Assembly: GCF_947499705.1 (NCBI RefSeq)
Contig: NZ_CANMPJ010000002.1
Span: 676,688-740,687 of the forward strand
Source: an uncultured Erythrobacter sp.
GTDB lineage: Bacteria > Pseudomonadota > Alphaproteobacteria > Sphingomonadales > Sphingomonadaceae
Length of the DNA stretch: 64,000 nt
Reading direction: 5' to 3'
Below are positions 52,564 to 61,625 of this stretch, piece by piece (positions within the stretch are counted from its first letter, which is position 1; the number at the start of each line of letters is the position of its first letter). The notes beneath the pieces are model-generated. The model saw nothing but the letters and a program-made list of their open reading frames with translations. It was not told where the DNA came from and ran no database searches. A program made the translations under genes and the position numbers.

Positions 52564-53215
52564 TCGGCCCGCGACAGACGAAATCTACCGCCGCCTGTCG
52601 GAGGCGATGCCGGGACGGACAAAGGGTGCGAAGGGCCCCAAGGGTCAGCCCGATGCCTTTCGATCCTGCATTTCCTGCATGCTCTCGGCCCAGTCGCTGG
52701 ATCGCAACACAGCCGCCGCAACGAAGGCGTTGTTCAAGCTGGCGAGGACGCCGGAAGAAATGCTTGCGCTGGAAGATGCAGCGATTGCCGAGGCGATCAA
52801 ACCGTGCGGCCTTTACAACAACAAAACGCGCAATATCCGCAAGTTCTGCACCGCGCTGATTGAGGAGCATGGCGGCTTCGTGCCGGACACCCGCAAAGGG
52901 CTGATGGGCTTGCCCGGGATCGGCTGAAAATGCGCCGATATCGTGATGAGCTTTACCTTCGGCAAAGACGTGATCGCGGTTGATACGCATGTCCACCGCG
53001 TGTGCAATCGGATCGGACTGACCGAGGCAAAGACAGCGGAAAAGACCGCTCAGCAGCTAGAAGAGCGCAGCCCCGAATGGGCGCTGGCCAATGGCCATTT
53101 CTGGCTGATCCAATTCGGCAAACGCGTGTGCCGCGCACGCGTGCCGAAATGCGAAATCTGCGTTGTCAGCGATCTGTGCGAGACGGGGCCGATCGAGCGT
53201 GATCCGGTCGATTGA
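52538..53215 (+). pseudogene. nth: Endonuclease III (Nth) with in-frame TGA at 52925-52927
   Basis: LSAQS, GLYNNK, LPGIG*KCAD...IAVDTHVHRV..R, C-x6-C-x2-C-x5-C; both ORF-track halves are in the same frame. Confidence 0.85.
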
Positions 53216-53219
53216 CCGA

Positions 53220-53837
53220 TCAATTGCTCACCCGCGCGATCCGGAAGGCCGCGACCAGCAGCGCTACGCCCGCTACCCGATTTAGCGACTTGAGTACCCA
53301 CGGTTTCACGCCGCTGCGGGCAATCGTCTGGCCCAATGCTGCGTAAACCGAATAGACCACGATATCGAGCACCAGCGTCGTCAGCCCCATGATCAGGATC
53401 TGCGGCGCGATGGGTGCGGTTGCGTCGAGGAACTGCGGCAGGATCGCAGCGAAATAGAGGAGCGCCTTGGGGTTGGCGAACTCGACGACGAAGCCTTTCG
53501 CAAACATCGTTGTGCGTTTCTCCGGCTCACCCCTCTCGACCCGCAGCACGCCCGCTTTGCTCAGCAAAGCCGACACACCGAGATAGGCAAGATAGCCGAC
53601 ACCGGCCCATTTGATGATCGTAAACAGCCAGTTGGAAGCGATGATAAGCGCTGCGATCCCGGTCGCCGACAGGGCAAAGTAGATCACATTCGCGCTGGCA
53701 ATGCCCATGATTCCGAATTGAGCGCGGGCGAACCCATTGTCCGACCCTTGCGCGGTAACGGTGATCGCTGCCGGGCCGGGTGTGAAGACCACGACCAGAG
53801 TTGTGATCGCGAATATCGTGAATGTGGTGAGTTCCAT
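53220..53837 (-). CDS. LysE family translocator
   Basis: TPGP, GV.YL.YLG, NPK..LYF..ILPQF; GGAGG RBS. Confidence 0.9.
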   Translation of the reverse strand: MELTTFTIFAITTLVVVFTPGPAAITVTAQGSDNGFARAQFGIMGIASANVIYFALSATGIAALIIASNWLFTIIKWAGVGYLAYLGVSALLSKAGVLRVERGEPEKRTTMFAKGFVVEFANPKALLYFAAILPQFLDATAPIAPQILIMGLTTLVLDIVVYSVYAALGQTIARSGVKPWVLKSLNRVAGVALLVAAFRIARVSN

Positions 53838-53897
53838 ACTGGCCTCCTTTGGCGGGGAGACGTAGATATGCTGGGCAATCGGGCTGGGACTACCAGC

Positions 53898-54389
53898 ATG
53901 ATGCCGGTGAAACAGGATTTTGTCCGGCCAACGCAACTGTCGAACCGGGAGAGATACATCTTCGATCTGGACCACAAAGACCGCGCTCTGCTGAAAGCGC
54001 TAAAGGCAAATTCGCGTGCGAGCCTCGTCTCGCTCGCCCGGGATATCGACCTGTCGCGCAGCGCCACGCATGATCGCATTGCCAAGCTTGAAGAGATCGG
54101 CGCTATCAAGGGCTATACGGTCAGGCTCCACCGTGAAGCCCTGCCCGAGGTTCGTGCCTTTTTTACGCTACAGTTTGAAACAAGCGCCGCCCAATCGGAG
54201 CAAGTGCTCGTCATCAAAGAGCTGCCAAACGTTGAAGCAGTTTATTGCCTCTCAGGCGACATCGACGCGCTTGTCTATTGCGAAGCCGAGACCGTGTCCG
54301 AGCTGTCCGACCTGCGTGATCAGTTGGCGCGGCATGACGGTGTGACAGCCATCAGCACGCGCCAGATACTGGCCACGTCGCAGGATTGA
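53898..54389 (+). CDS. Lrp/AsnC family regulator, divergent from lysE
   Basis: LD..D..LL..L..NSR.SL..LA..I.LS......RI..LE..G.I.GY; start uncertain. Confidence 0.9.
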   Translation: MMPVKQDFVRPTQLSNRERYIFDLDHKDRALLKALKANSRASLVSLARDIDLSRSATHDRIAKLEEIGAIKGYTVRLHREALPEVRAFFTLQFETSAAQSEQVLVIKELPNVEAVYCLSGDIDALVYCEAETVSELSDLRDQLARHDGVTAISTRQILATSQD

Positions 54390-54408
54390 TCGTCCCCATA
54401 AGGTGGAG

Positions 54409-54861
54409 TTAGCGGGGCTCCGGCCAATGCAGGACTGTGCGCTGAGCCACCCAACCAGCGGCTGCGGAAATGGCCACGAAGATCCCGACCATGATCAGAT
54501 TGCCGCCATCCTGAAGGAAGGTCGAGGGACCTTGGGAAAGCAAGAGCCCGCATAGAATTGTTGCAACCAGCGCGCCGATTGCCGCGCCGTGCCAGTGGCC
54601 GGGCGGCGCGAACTGTCGCAGGGCCAGACCAAATGCGGTTCCCAAGGGGGCGATAAGGACGAAGGTCAATATCGCAGTGATGATGAAACCATAGAAGCCG
54701 CCATAGATGAAGATCGCGAAGGCGGAACCGGGGGCGCTGCCGAACAGCGCGAGCACCATGAACAGAACCAAGACCGTCAGAAACACGATACCCGACGCAA
54801 TGATGCTGGCCATAAACAGGTCCGGGATGCCGGGAATGTTCGTGTCTTCTTCTGTTGCCAT
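54409..54861 (-). CDS. Hypothetical membrane protein
   Basis: About four TM segments; RBS-like GAGG upstream. Confidence 0.65.
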   Translation of the reverse strand: MATEEDTNIPGIPDLFMASIIASGIVFLTVLVLFMVLALFGSAPGSAFAIFIYGGFYGFIITAILTFVLIAPLGTAFGLALRQFAPPGHWHGAAIGALVATILCGLLLSQGPSTFLQDGGNLIMVGIFVAISAAAGWVAQRTVLHWPEPR

Positions 54862-55021
54862 GTCCAGCCTCGGTGTCGTGGTCGAGCGAGCTTAGTCAAT
54901 GGGCGGGCTCAGATGAAGCGCTGCTGACGCTACGGCTTGGGGCCTTACCAAAAGCGCGCTTGCAAGGCCCACATTTCTCGGCTTGTTTCCCGCTCGAAAA
55001 CGACTCCGGGAGGACAACACA

Positions 55022-56008
55022 ATGAAAACCGCCATCACCGAAATGTTCGGCATCCAGCACCCGATTATCCAGGGCGGCATGCACTATGTCGGCTTTGCCG
55101 AGATGGCAGCGGCGGTTTCCAATGCTGGGGGCCTCGGAATCATCACCGGTCTGACCCAGGGTACTCCCGAGAAACTCGCTAATGAGATTGCCCGCTGCCA
55201 CGACATGACCGACAAGCCGTTCGGCGTGAACCTTACGATCCTGCCAACACTGACCCCGCCTGATTATCCGGGGCTGCTCAAGGCTGTGATCGATGGCGGC
55301 GTGAAGGTGGTGGAGACCGCCGGACGCAACCCGGTGGAGCTGCTCGGCCCGCTGAAGGATGCCGGGATCAAGGTGATCCACAAATGCACCAGCGTGCGGC
55401 ACTCGCTCAAGGCGCAGGATATTGGCTGCGACGCAGTAAGCGTCGATGGTTTCGAGTGCGGCGGTCACCCGGGCGAAGACGATATTCCCAACTTCATCCT
55501 GCTGCCCCGCGCTGCCGATGAGCTGGAGATTCCGTTCGTATCCTCGGGCGGCATGGCCGATGGCCGCTCGCTCGTCGCCAGTCTCGCCATGGGGGCGCAG
55601 GGCATGAACATGGGCACGCGCTTCATCGCCACGAAGGAAGCACCGGTGCACGAGAATGTGAAGAAGGCGATTGTCGAAGCCTCCGAACTCGACACCCGCC
55701 TTGTTATGCGCCCGCTGCGCAACACCGAGCGCGTGCTGGCCAACGATGCGGTGGAACGCCTGCTCGAGAAAGAGAAGGAGCTGGGCGACGCGATCACGAT
55801 CCAGGACATCCTGCCAGAGGTCGCCGGGGTCTATCCGTCGATCATGATGGAAGGCGAGATGGACAAAGGTGCGTGGAGCTGCGGCATGGTCGCCGGTCTC
55901 ATCAACGACATTCCGACCTGCCAGGAGCTGATAGACGGGATCATGAGCGAGGCGGATGCGATCCTGGCGCGGATGAACGGTATGGCGCGCGAAAGCGTCA
56001 CTGCGTAA
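55022..56008 (+). CDS. Nitronate monooxygenase family flavoprotein
   Basis: PIIQGGM, VSNAGGLG, DGFECGGHPG, GGMADG, MGTRF. Confidence 0.92.
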   Translation: MKTAITEMFGIQHPIIQGGMHYVGFAEMAAAVSNAGGLGIITGLTQGTPEKLANEIARCHDMTDKPFGVNLTILPTLTPPDYPGLLKAVIDGGVKVVETAGRNPVELLGPLKDAGIKVIHKCTSVRHSLKAQDIGCDAVSVDGFECGGHPGEDDIPNFILLPRAADELEIPFVSSGGMADGRSLVASLAMGAQGMNMGTRFIATKEAPVHENVKKAIVEASELDTRLVMRPLRNTERVLANDAVERLLEKEKELGDAITIQDILPEVAGVYPSIMMEGEMDKGAWSCGMVAGLINDIPTCQELIDGIMSEADAILARMNGMARESVTA

Positions 56009-56265
56009 TTTGCCCTATGCTCAGATTTTGCAGAGCCAAGTGATTTCAGCGAGTTAACGGACGACTACGTAGTCCTGCGAATACCGGAAACCCCTGAGGT
56101 GCGGTAGTGTTTCTGCGTCTTGGATTTTTCGGTTCTGCTGCCGAAGCGCTGTGGGAGGCACTTCGACAAAGCGGCAGAAAATCGACTCTTCAGGACGGGG
56201 GTCTGAACTTGGACATCCGTCGAACGCGCTCTTGGCCGCGATTCTGGCGGCGAAGGGAGCTGCGT

Positions 56266-56946
56266 GTGGAGCATTTTATATCGCTCGAAATCTGGGCCAT
56301 CATGGTGGCGGCACCGTGCATCATTAGCTGGTTTTTGGGCGAGATGTATGGCGCGGCGCGGGTCCGCAAACTGATGGAGGGCTCCGGTCCTGATGATGAC
56401 CATTTGGCCACTGTCGCGGCGCCTGCAAGCGCGGATTGCCAGGCTGAGCGGACGCTGATCTTCGGGCCGAGGGATGTCATGGTCCCTGCACCCGGTGCGC
56501 CCTACGATACTGAGCACTATGCTGATCGAAGCGCTGGAATTCCTGAACCCGGTGGGTGCAATCCTCGGGCAAAGGAGCACGTCGCAACCAAATCGATGCA
56601 GCGCAGTGCAGATCCAATCCAATCACGCCGCCGCCGCGAAGCGTTCGATGGAATGCCGTCTGTTGCTGAACTGCACGCCCAGGCGCAGCGAATTCGCGAA
56701 AGCGATGCCGTTTGGGACGATCCTGACCTGAAGGGTAGCTTGCGCGAGACCGACCCAATCTCGGCGCGCGTGCTTCAGCACTATGTCGGTTCGATCAACG
56801 AATTGGCGCGCTGCAATGCGAGGCTGGAGAATGATTGCGCATCGCCCCTTAGGCGGGCTGACGAAGACTCCATCGACGTGCTCCCGCGGTTTGCGGGTGC
56901 GGCACCGATGGACCTCGATCAAAAGAACGAGGAGCTCTTCATCTAA
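56266..56946 (+). CDS. Hypothetical protein with N-terminal TM helix
   Basis: GGAG before GTG 56266; fills a gap otherwise without a gene; start uncertain. Confidence 0.5.
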   Translation: MEHFISLEIWAIMVAAPCIISWFLGEMYGAARVRKLMEGSGPDDDHLATVAAPASADCQAERTLIFGPRDVMVPAPGAPYDTEHYADRSAGIPEPGGCNPRAKEHVATKSMQRSADPIQSRRRREAFDGMPSVAELHAQAQRIRESDAVWDDPDLKGSLRETDPISARVLQHYVGSINELARCNARLENDCASPLRRADEDSIDVLPRFAGAAPMDLDQKNEELFI

Positions 56947-56986
56947 TTCCAAAGCGCAATCCGGGGTTGGACTACGCCTTCAATGA

Positions 56987-57445
56987 TCAGCTTTCGGCTT
57001 GTTCTGCGCGTGTGTAAGGCACGAAGTCTTCGAAGAAGACCGCTCCTGTGAAAAAGCCCGCCAAACGATCGGCAGTGGTCACCACGTCGAGGCGGCACAG
57101 CTGACTGGAATTGAACCGGCGCGAAACCACAATGTCGTCGCGGTCGATATCGTTTGGATTGCGCGTGCGCTGGACATAGATCGTCCGGCCGCTGCCATAG
57201 ACGTAGGCAGTTTTGTCGATCACGCGAAGACGGTCATTGAGGCGGGTACGGATGCAGCGTTGCGGTTCCCCGGCAACGCGGCCCTCCAGCATTTTGGCCA
57301 GTTTCTTTTCGCCCTTGGTCATCTCGGTGGATTCGGGCTTTTCTTCCTCGGCAAGCGCGGGCGGCGCGGCGGTCAGCGCGAGGCCAGCAGCGGCGGCTCC
57401 AATGGCAAGAGCGGGAACGCGGGTTGAGCGGGTCAGGCGAAGCAT
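56987..57445 (-). CDS. Conserved hypothetical secreted protein
   Basis: Signal peptide; GRVAGEPQRCI...LCRLD...G...F.PY pattern; GGAG RBS. Confidence 0.75.
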   Translation of the reverse strand: MLRLTRSTRVPALAIGAAAAGLALTAAPPALAEEEKPESTEMTKGEKKLAKMLEGRVAGEPQRCIRTRLNDRLRVIDKTAYVYGSGRTIYVQRTRNPNDIDRDDIVVSRRFNSSQLCRLDVVTTADRLAGFFTGAVFFEDFVPYTRAEQAES

Positions 57446-57492
57446 CGAACATCTCCTCAGGTTCAGCAATATGAGACTACGTCTCTTGCCTG

Positions 57493-57517
57493 AACGTGCA
57501 ATGAGCACCAATGTTTC
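57493..57517 (-). promoter_or_regulatory. Possible EcfG-type promoter
   Basis: GAAAC-N16-CGTT, 48 nt upstream of the 57445 start. Confidence 0.4.
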
Positions 57518-57547
57518 GAATTCTTACCGGTTTTCGCCGGAATCAGA

Positions 57548-58087
57548 TCATTCGTATTCGAGTGTGACAGTGAACTCGCCGTTGTAGACGCCAGGTTCCT
57601 GGTTCGCGCCGACCTGCAAACGTCCGGCAATCGTGAAGCTGAAAAAGCCATCAGGATTGGCGATGCGGAAGCGGCGCGGGTTGGTGGTGATCAGGATTGG
57701 CGGGCGACTGCCAATCGTCACGCGGTCCAGCAGCATGGTCTCGGTCCCGCCATCGCGGGTCAGCAGATAGGTGTTGGCATCGATATTGATCAGCACGCGC
57801 TGATTGAACTGGCCAAAGCCCCAGAACCGTGCCGGAATCTGTGATCCATCCACCTGAGTAACACCGCCAGTGGTGGACACGGCACCGGTGGAATCCATCA
57901 CCACAGTGCCAGCGGTGTTGGTTGGGATAATCAGCCCGAAATCGAGATCAGTCTGTTTGACGAAACTGAGCGGCGTAACGAGAAACGCCTGCGCGTCCGC
58001 ACTATCGGCGTCTTGCGCATATGCAGGCACTGCGCTTGCAAGCAGTGCAGCCCATAAAAGCAAAACCCTGGAAACTATTCGATGCAT
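57548..58087 (-). CDS. DUF4402 (pilin/spore coat U-like) secreted protein, copy 1
   Basis: Signal peptide, PLSFVK..DLDFG, G.L.VGANQ.PG.Y.G.F.VT.EY. Confidence 0.85.
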   Translation of the reverse strand: MHRIVSRVLLLWAALLASAVPAYAQDADSADAQAFLVTPLSFVKQTDLDFGLIIPTNTAGTVVMDSTGAVSTTGGVTQVDGSQIPARFWGFGQFNQRVLINIDANTYLLTRDGGTETMLLDRVTIGSRPPILITTNPRRFRIANPDGFFSFTIAGRLQVGANQEPGVYNGEFTVTLEYE

Positions 58088-58133
58088 TGTGCGGCCCTGT
58101 TAGTCCTTTGAACAAGGCTATTAGGGTGGGACC

Positions 58134-58172
58134 GTTAATATTGCTTTGAGACCGTCGTTAATTCCGCATTAC
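58134..58172 (-). promoter_or_regulatory. Two CtrA-like boxes upstream of DUF4402 copy 1
   Basis: Minus strand GTAA-N7-TTAAC (58172-58157) and TCAA-N7-TTAAC (58149-58134); each 8/9 to TTAA-N7-TTAAC. Confidence 0.6.
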
Positions 58173-58200
58173 TTTGGCGGATTACTGATGATCGAAAATT

Positions 58201-58461
58201 TCACCGGTGACCGGGGTCGGAACCTTCGGAAATGTCAGGCAGGCTGGCATGGTCGGCACCTTCCGCCGGGCCGCCTTTGAGCACGAAGCGCCGATCACAA
58301 TAGCCGCAATCGACATATCCATGCTCGTCGATCTCAAGATAGATGCGCGGGTGGCCGAGCGCTGCGGGGCGATAATTATCTCCGCCGCGAATGCCGCTGG
58401 AGCCGTCGCAGCTGACGCGTTTGGTATCGACCAGGATGACTTCAGGTGGCGGTGTGTTCAT
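58201..58461 (-). CDS. Zinc-finger CHCC domain protein (NDUFS6-like)
   Basis: V.CDG......LGHPRIYL.......DCGYCDR.F. Confidence 0.9.
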   Translation of the reverse strand: MNTPPPEVILVDTKRVSCDGSSGIRGGDNYRPAALGHPRIYLEIDEHGYVDCGYCDRRFVLKGGPAEGADHASLPDISEGSDPGHR

Positions 58462-58498
58462 GGCGTGAGCGAATAATCGCGCACCGCGCACTTTTCAA

Positions 58499-59080
58499 TC
58501 ACTGATAGTCGATGCGGATTTCGAACGTACCCGTGTACAACCCAGGTCCCTGATTGGGGTTCACATTGAGCGTGCCGCCGACCCTAAAAATGAATGTTCC
58601 GTCCAATGTATCGATACGGAACCGTTCCCAGTTCGGGTTCGACCGGACGCGCCGGAGGCTTGGTGAGCCGTTGATCGTGATGTCGGTGACGGTCATGTCG
58701 TCGCCGGGGCCAGTGAGCGTAATCGTGTTGCCGACCGGGCGGCGAATACGCACGCGCTGGTTGAAACTCGCTGACCCGCCGAAAACGGCTGGCTGACATT
58801 GATTGGTCTGCACCAATCCTGCACTGGCGGTGCAGGTCGCCAACGCATCCGGGGTCAGCACGATCGTGCCCCCGCTGCTGCCGATAATGTCGCCAAAATC
58901 GAGATCGGCGAGCTTGGTGATGGTGAGCGGCTCGATCAGTGCAGCCCGCGCGTCAAATGACGCCGATTCCGATTGCGCAGCCGCACCCGTGGGGGTGAGA
59001 GCAAGGGCAGCCGCAAACGAGCCGCAAACAGCGAACCGTCCCTTGGCGCAGGCGCGCAGGATCGAAGAAAGGCTTCTCAT
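58499..59080 (-). CDS. DUF4402 secreted protein, copy 2
   Basis: Signal peptide, PLTITK..DLDFG, Cys pair, VGGTL.V.PNQ.PG.Y.GTF...IDY. Confidence 0.85.
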   Translation of the reverse strand: MRSLSSILRACAKGRFAVCGSFAAALALTPTGAAAQSESASFDARAALIEPLTITKLADLDFGDIIGSSGGTIVLTPDALATCTASAGLVQTNQCQPAVFGGSASFNQRVRIRRPVGNTITLTGPGDDMTVTDITINGSPSLRRVRSNPNWERFRIDTLDGTFIFRVGGTLNVNPNQGPGLYTGTFEIRIDYQ

Positions 59081-59209
59081 CACTGCGCTCCAATAGCGGT
59101 CTAGGTATGTCGGCATGGCGACCAAACTTGGTTAATATCGAGGTAGCAAAAGCGGCCGCGTTCACCCCGCTGCCTGACTAGGGCTCTTGCGTGCGCCGGG
59201 TGCATCTCT

Positions 59210-60175
59210 ATGGCTGCGGCGATGGCTGATGCTCCTGCAATTCGGATCGACAATCTCGTCAAACGCTATGCCGCGCCAAAGGGTGCGAAGGGCGAAGAGG
59301 CGGAAGGAAAGCTCGCGCTGGGGGGTGTGAGTTTCGACGTGCCCGAAGGTTCGATCTTCGGTCTGCTCGGACCCAATGGCGCTGGCAAATCGACTCTGAT
59401 CAACATCCTCGCCGGGCTGGTCAACAAGACCGGCGGATCGGCCGAGATCTGGGGTTTCGACATCGATCAGCAGCGCCGCAATGCGAGCCGCGCGATCGGG
59501 ATCGTGCCGCAGGAAATCGTCTTCGATCCCTTCTTTACGCCCTATGAAGTGCTCGAAAATCAGGGTGGCTTTTATGGCATCCCGGCAAAGGACCGCCGCA
59601 GCGAGGAATTGCTCGCCGCCGTACGCCTTGCCGACAAACGCAACGCCTATGCCCGCACGCTCTCGGGCGGAATGAAGCGCCGCCTGCTGGTGGCCAAAGC
59701 GATGGTCCATTCGCCGCCGATCCTTGTCCTCGACGAACCGACCGCAGGCGTCGACGTCGAACTGCGCCGCCAGCTGTGGGAACTCGTAACCGAGATGAAC
59801 CGTGAAGGCGTGACCGTGGTCCTGACCACACACTATCTCGAAGAAGCAGAAGAGTTGTGCGACGAGATTGCCATCATCAATCACGGCGAACTGATCGCGC
59901 ATAAGCCAACCCGTGAGCTGGTCGAGATGGCGCGTGAAAAGATCGTCGCTGTCACTGTGGCGAATGACTTGGCTCAGGCACCATCGCACGAAGCGTTTTC
60001 GAAGGTCGAACTGGCGGGAGAGCGCGGCGTCGAGGTTACCTATGACAAGGACAAGTTGAACGCCGGACAGGTGCTCGCGATCCTGCAGGAGCAGGGTCTC
60101 ACGGTCGAGGATGTGACAACGCGAGAGGCTGACCTTGAGGACGTGTTTGTGCAGCTGACGGGAACGGGTGCTTAG
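59210..60175 (+). CDS. ABC transporter ATP-binding protein (YadG-like); no permease adjacent
   Basis: GPNGAGKST, LSGGMKRR, LDEPTAGVD, TTHYLEEA. Confidence 0.92.
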   Translation: MAAAMADAPAIRIDNLVKRYAAPKGAKGEEAEGKLALGGVSFDVPEGSIFGLLGPNGAGKSTLINILAGLVNKTGGSAEIWGFDIDQQRRNASRAIGIVPQEIVFDPFFTPYEVLENQGGFYGIPAKDRRSEELLAAVRLADKRNAYARTLSGGMKRRLLVAKAMVHSPPILVLDEPTAGVDVELRRQLWELVTEMNREGVTVVLTTHYLEEAEELCDEIAIINHGELIAHKPTRELVEMAREKIVAVTVANDLAQAPSHEAFSKVELAGERGVEVTYDKDKLNAGQVLAILQEQGLTVEDVTTREADLEDVFVQLTGTGA

Positions 60176-60192
60176 AATTGGGAGTTAGCGAA

Positions 60193-61188
60193 ATGCGTAC
60201 GACACTTGCAGCATGCGCGGCCCTCAGCCTTTCTGGCTGCGGATTTCTCGCTTTCGACGACAAGAGCACCTCACCCGAAAGCTCGCCTGCTGACATTGCA
60301 AGCGGCATTCCACGCGCCGAACAACCAGCCGCCTGCGCCACCGAAGGCGCGGCCCTGCAAGTGCTAGGCAGCGGCGGCCCGATTGCCGAAGCGGCGCGCG
60401 CTGGTACTTCCTATCTGTTGTGGATCGACGGCGAGCCGCGCCTCCTCATCGATGCAGGCTCGGGCAGCTTCCTGCGCTATGCCGAGGCTGGCGGTAAGCT
60501 CGAAACGCTGGACGCAATTCTGGTGACGCATCTCCACGCAGATCATGCGGGCGATCTGATCGATGTGCTCAATTCGGGCGGGTTCGAAGGGCGCAGTGAG
60601 CCGCTCGTCTTAGTCGGCCCCGATGCCGCGCCGCGTTTCCCTGGTATGTCCGCCTTCACGCAGCGCTTGCTTGGCAAAGAGGGCGGTGCGTTCGCCTATA
60701 ATGGCGGCTATGGAGACGGCACCGAAAACAAGCCGGAATTGTCGGTGCGCGAGATCACCACTGCTGAAGGGTCAGCTGATCCCATCGGCCTGGACGTTTC
60801 CAACGATTATTCCGTGATGGCGCATCCGGTGCATCACGGTCCAGTCCCCGCGCTCGGTTACGCCATTGAGATCGGAGACAAGAGCTTTGTTATCACCGGC
60901 GATCAAAGCGCGCTGAGCGAGCGGTTCCTTGCCGACCTGACCGGCAGCAAGCCCACGATCCTGTTCGCGCATCACGTGATCAATGGCGAGGACGGCCAGC
61001 CGCGCGGGCTGCACCGGACGCCTGCGCAGATCGGCGACTTGGCCGGTGCGCTGGAACCAGGGCGGCTGGTGCTGACCCACAATATGGATCGCTCGCTCAT
61101 GCCGATCGACGCCAGTCTTTCAGCCATAGCTCAGAGCTACCCGGGCGAAGTCAGTGTAGCGATGGATCTCGATTGCTACGCCTTATGA
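60193..61188 (+). CDS. MBL-fold metallo-hydrolase lipoprotein (arylsulfatase/RNase Z-like)
   Basis: LSGC lipobox, LGSGGP, THLHADH, TGD, H. Confidence 0.85.
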   Translation: MRTTLAACAALSLSGCGFLAFDDKSTSPESSPADIASGIPRAEQPAACATEGAALQVLGSGGPIAEAARAGTSYLLWIDGEPRLLIDAGSGSFLRYAEAGGKLETLDAILVTHLHADHAGDLIDVLNSGGFEGRSEPLVLVGPDAAPRFPGMSAFTQRLLGKEGGAFAYNGGYGDGTENKPELSVREITTAEGSADPIGLDVSNDYSVMAHPVHHGPVPALGYAIEIGDKSFVITGDQSALSERFLADLTGSKPTILFAHHVINGEDGQPRGLHRTPAQIGDLAGALEPGRLVLTHNMDRSLMPIDASLSAIAQSYPGEVSVAMDLDCYAL

Positions 61189-61376
61189 CGTGATCGAAGC
61201 ACATGGATGATGTGCGGCTTGGTTTCCTCGGGCCGCCAGCGACCATGCGATATCCGGTGGAGCGATTTGCCACAGCCTTGGCATTTGCCGATATAGCGGC
61301 CGCCGAACCACCTGATTTTGTTCGAATTTGGTCTGTGTCTGCCAGCCAGACACATCGCTTTGGTGAGAGCGGACAT
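61176..61376 (-). CDS. Small basic Cys/His-containing hypothetical protein
   Basis: C-x2-G-x-H and C-x2-C motifs; RBS-like GAGG upstream. Confidence 0.55.
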   Translation of the reverse strand: MSALTKAMCLAGRHRPNSNKIRWFGGRYIGKCQGCGKSLHRISHGRWRPEETKPHIIHVLRSRHKA

Positions 61377-61625
61377 GAAGAGGGTGTCCTTTTCGATCGG
61401 CCCGAACGGCCGTGAACCCCTGTTTTTATGCGACTCGCGGCGCGCGCTCGTACGGTAATTACCTCATTGCGGGCGCATTGGCTCCACTGCTGAACCTGAA
61501 CTGCGGCAAGCCATGCCGGTTTTGCGGCGGACCCCTATCGCAAAGTGCCCAGCCACTAGGATTCGCCTGCTGTCTGGTACTCGTGAGCCTTGCCCGGGCC
61601 CGCATTGCGCGGCAAGGCTTTGGCG

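Noticed and set aside
52925-52927. Selenocysteine recoding of the nth TGA
   Set aside because: The aligned residue in Nth is Arg rather than Cys; no sel genes in the window and no convincing SECIS recognised.
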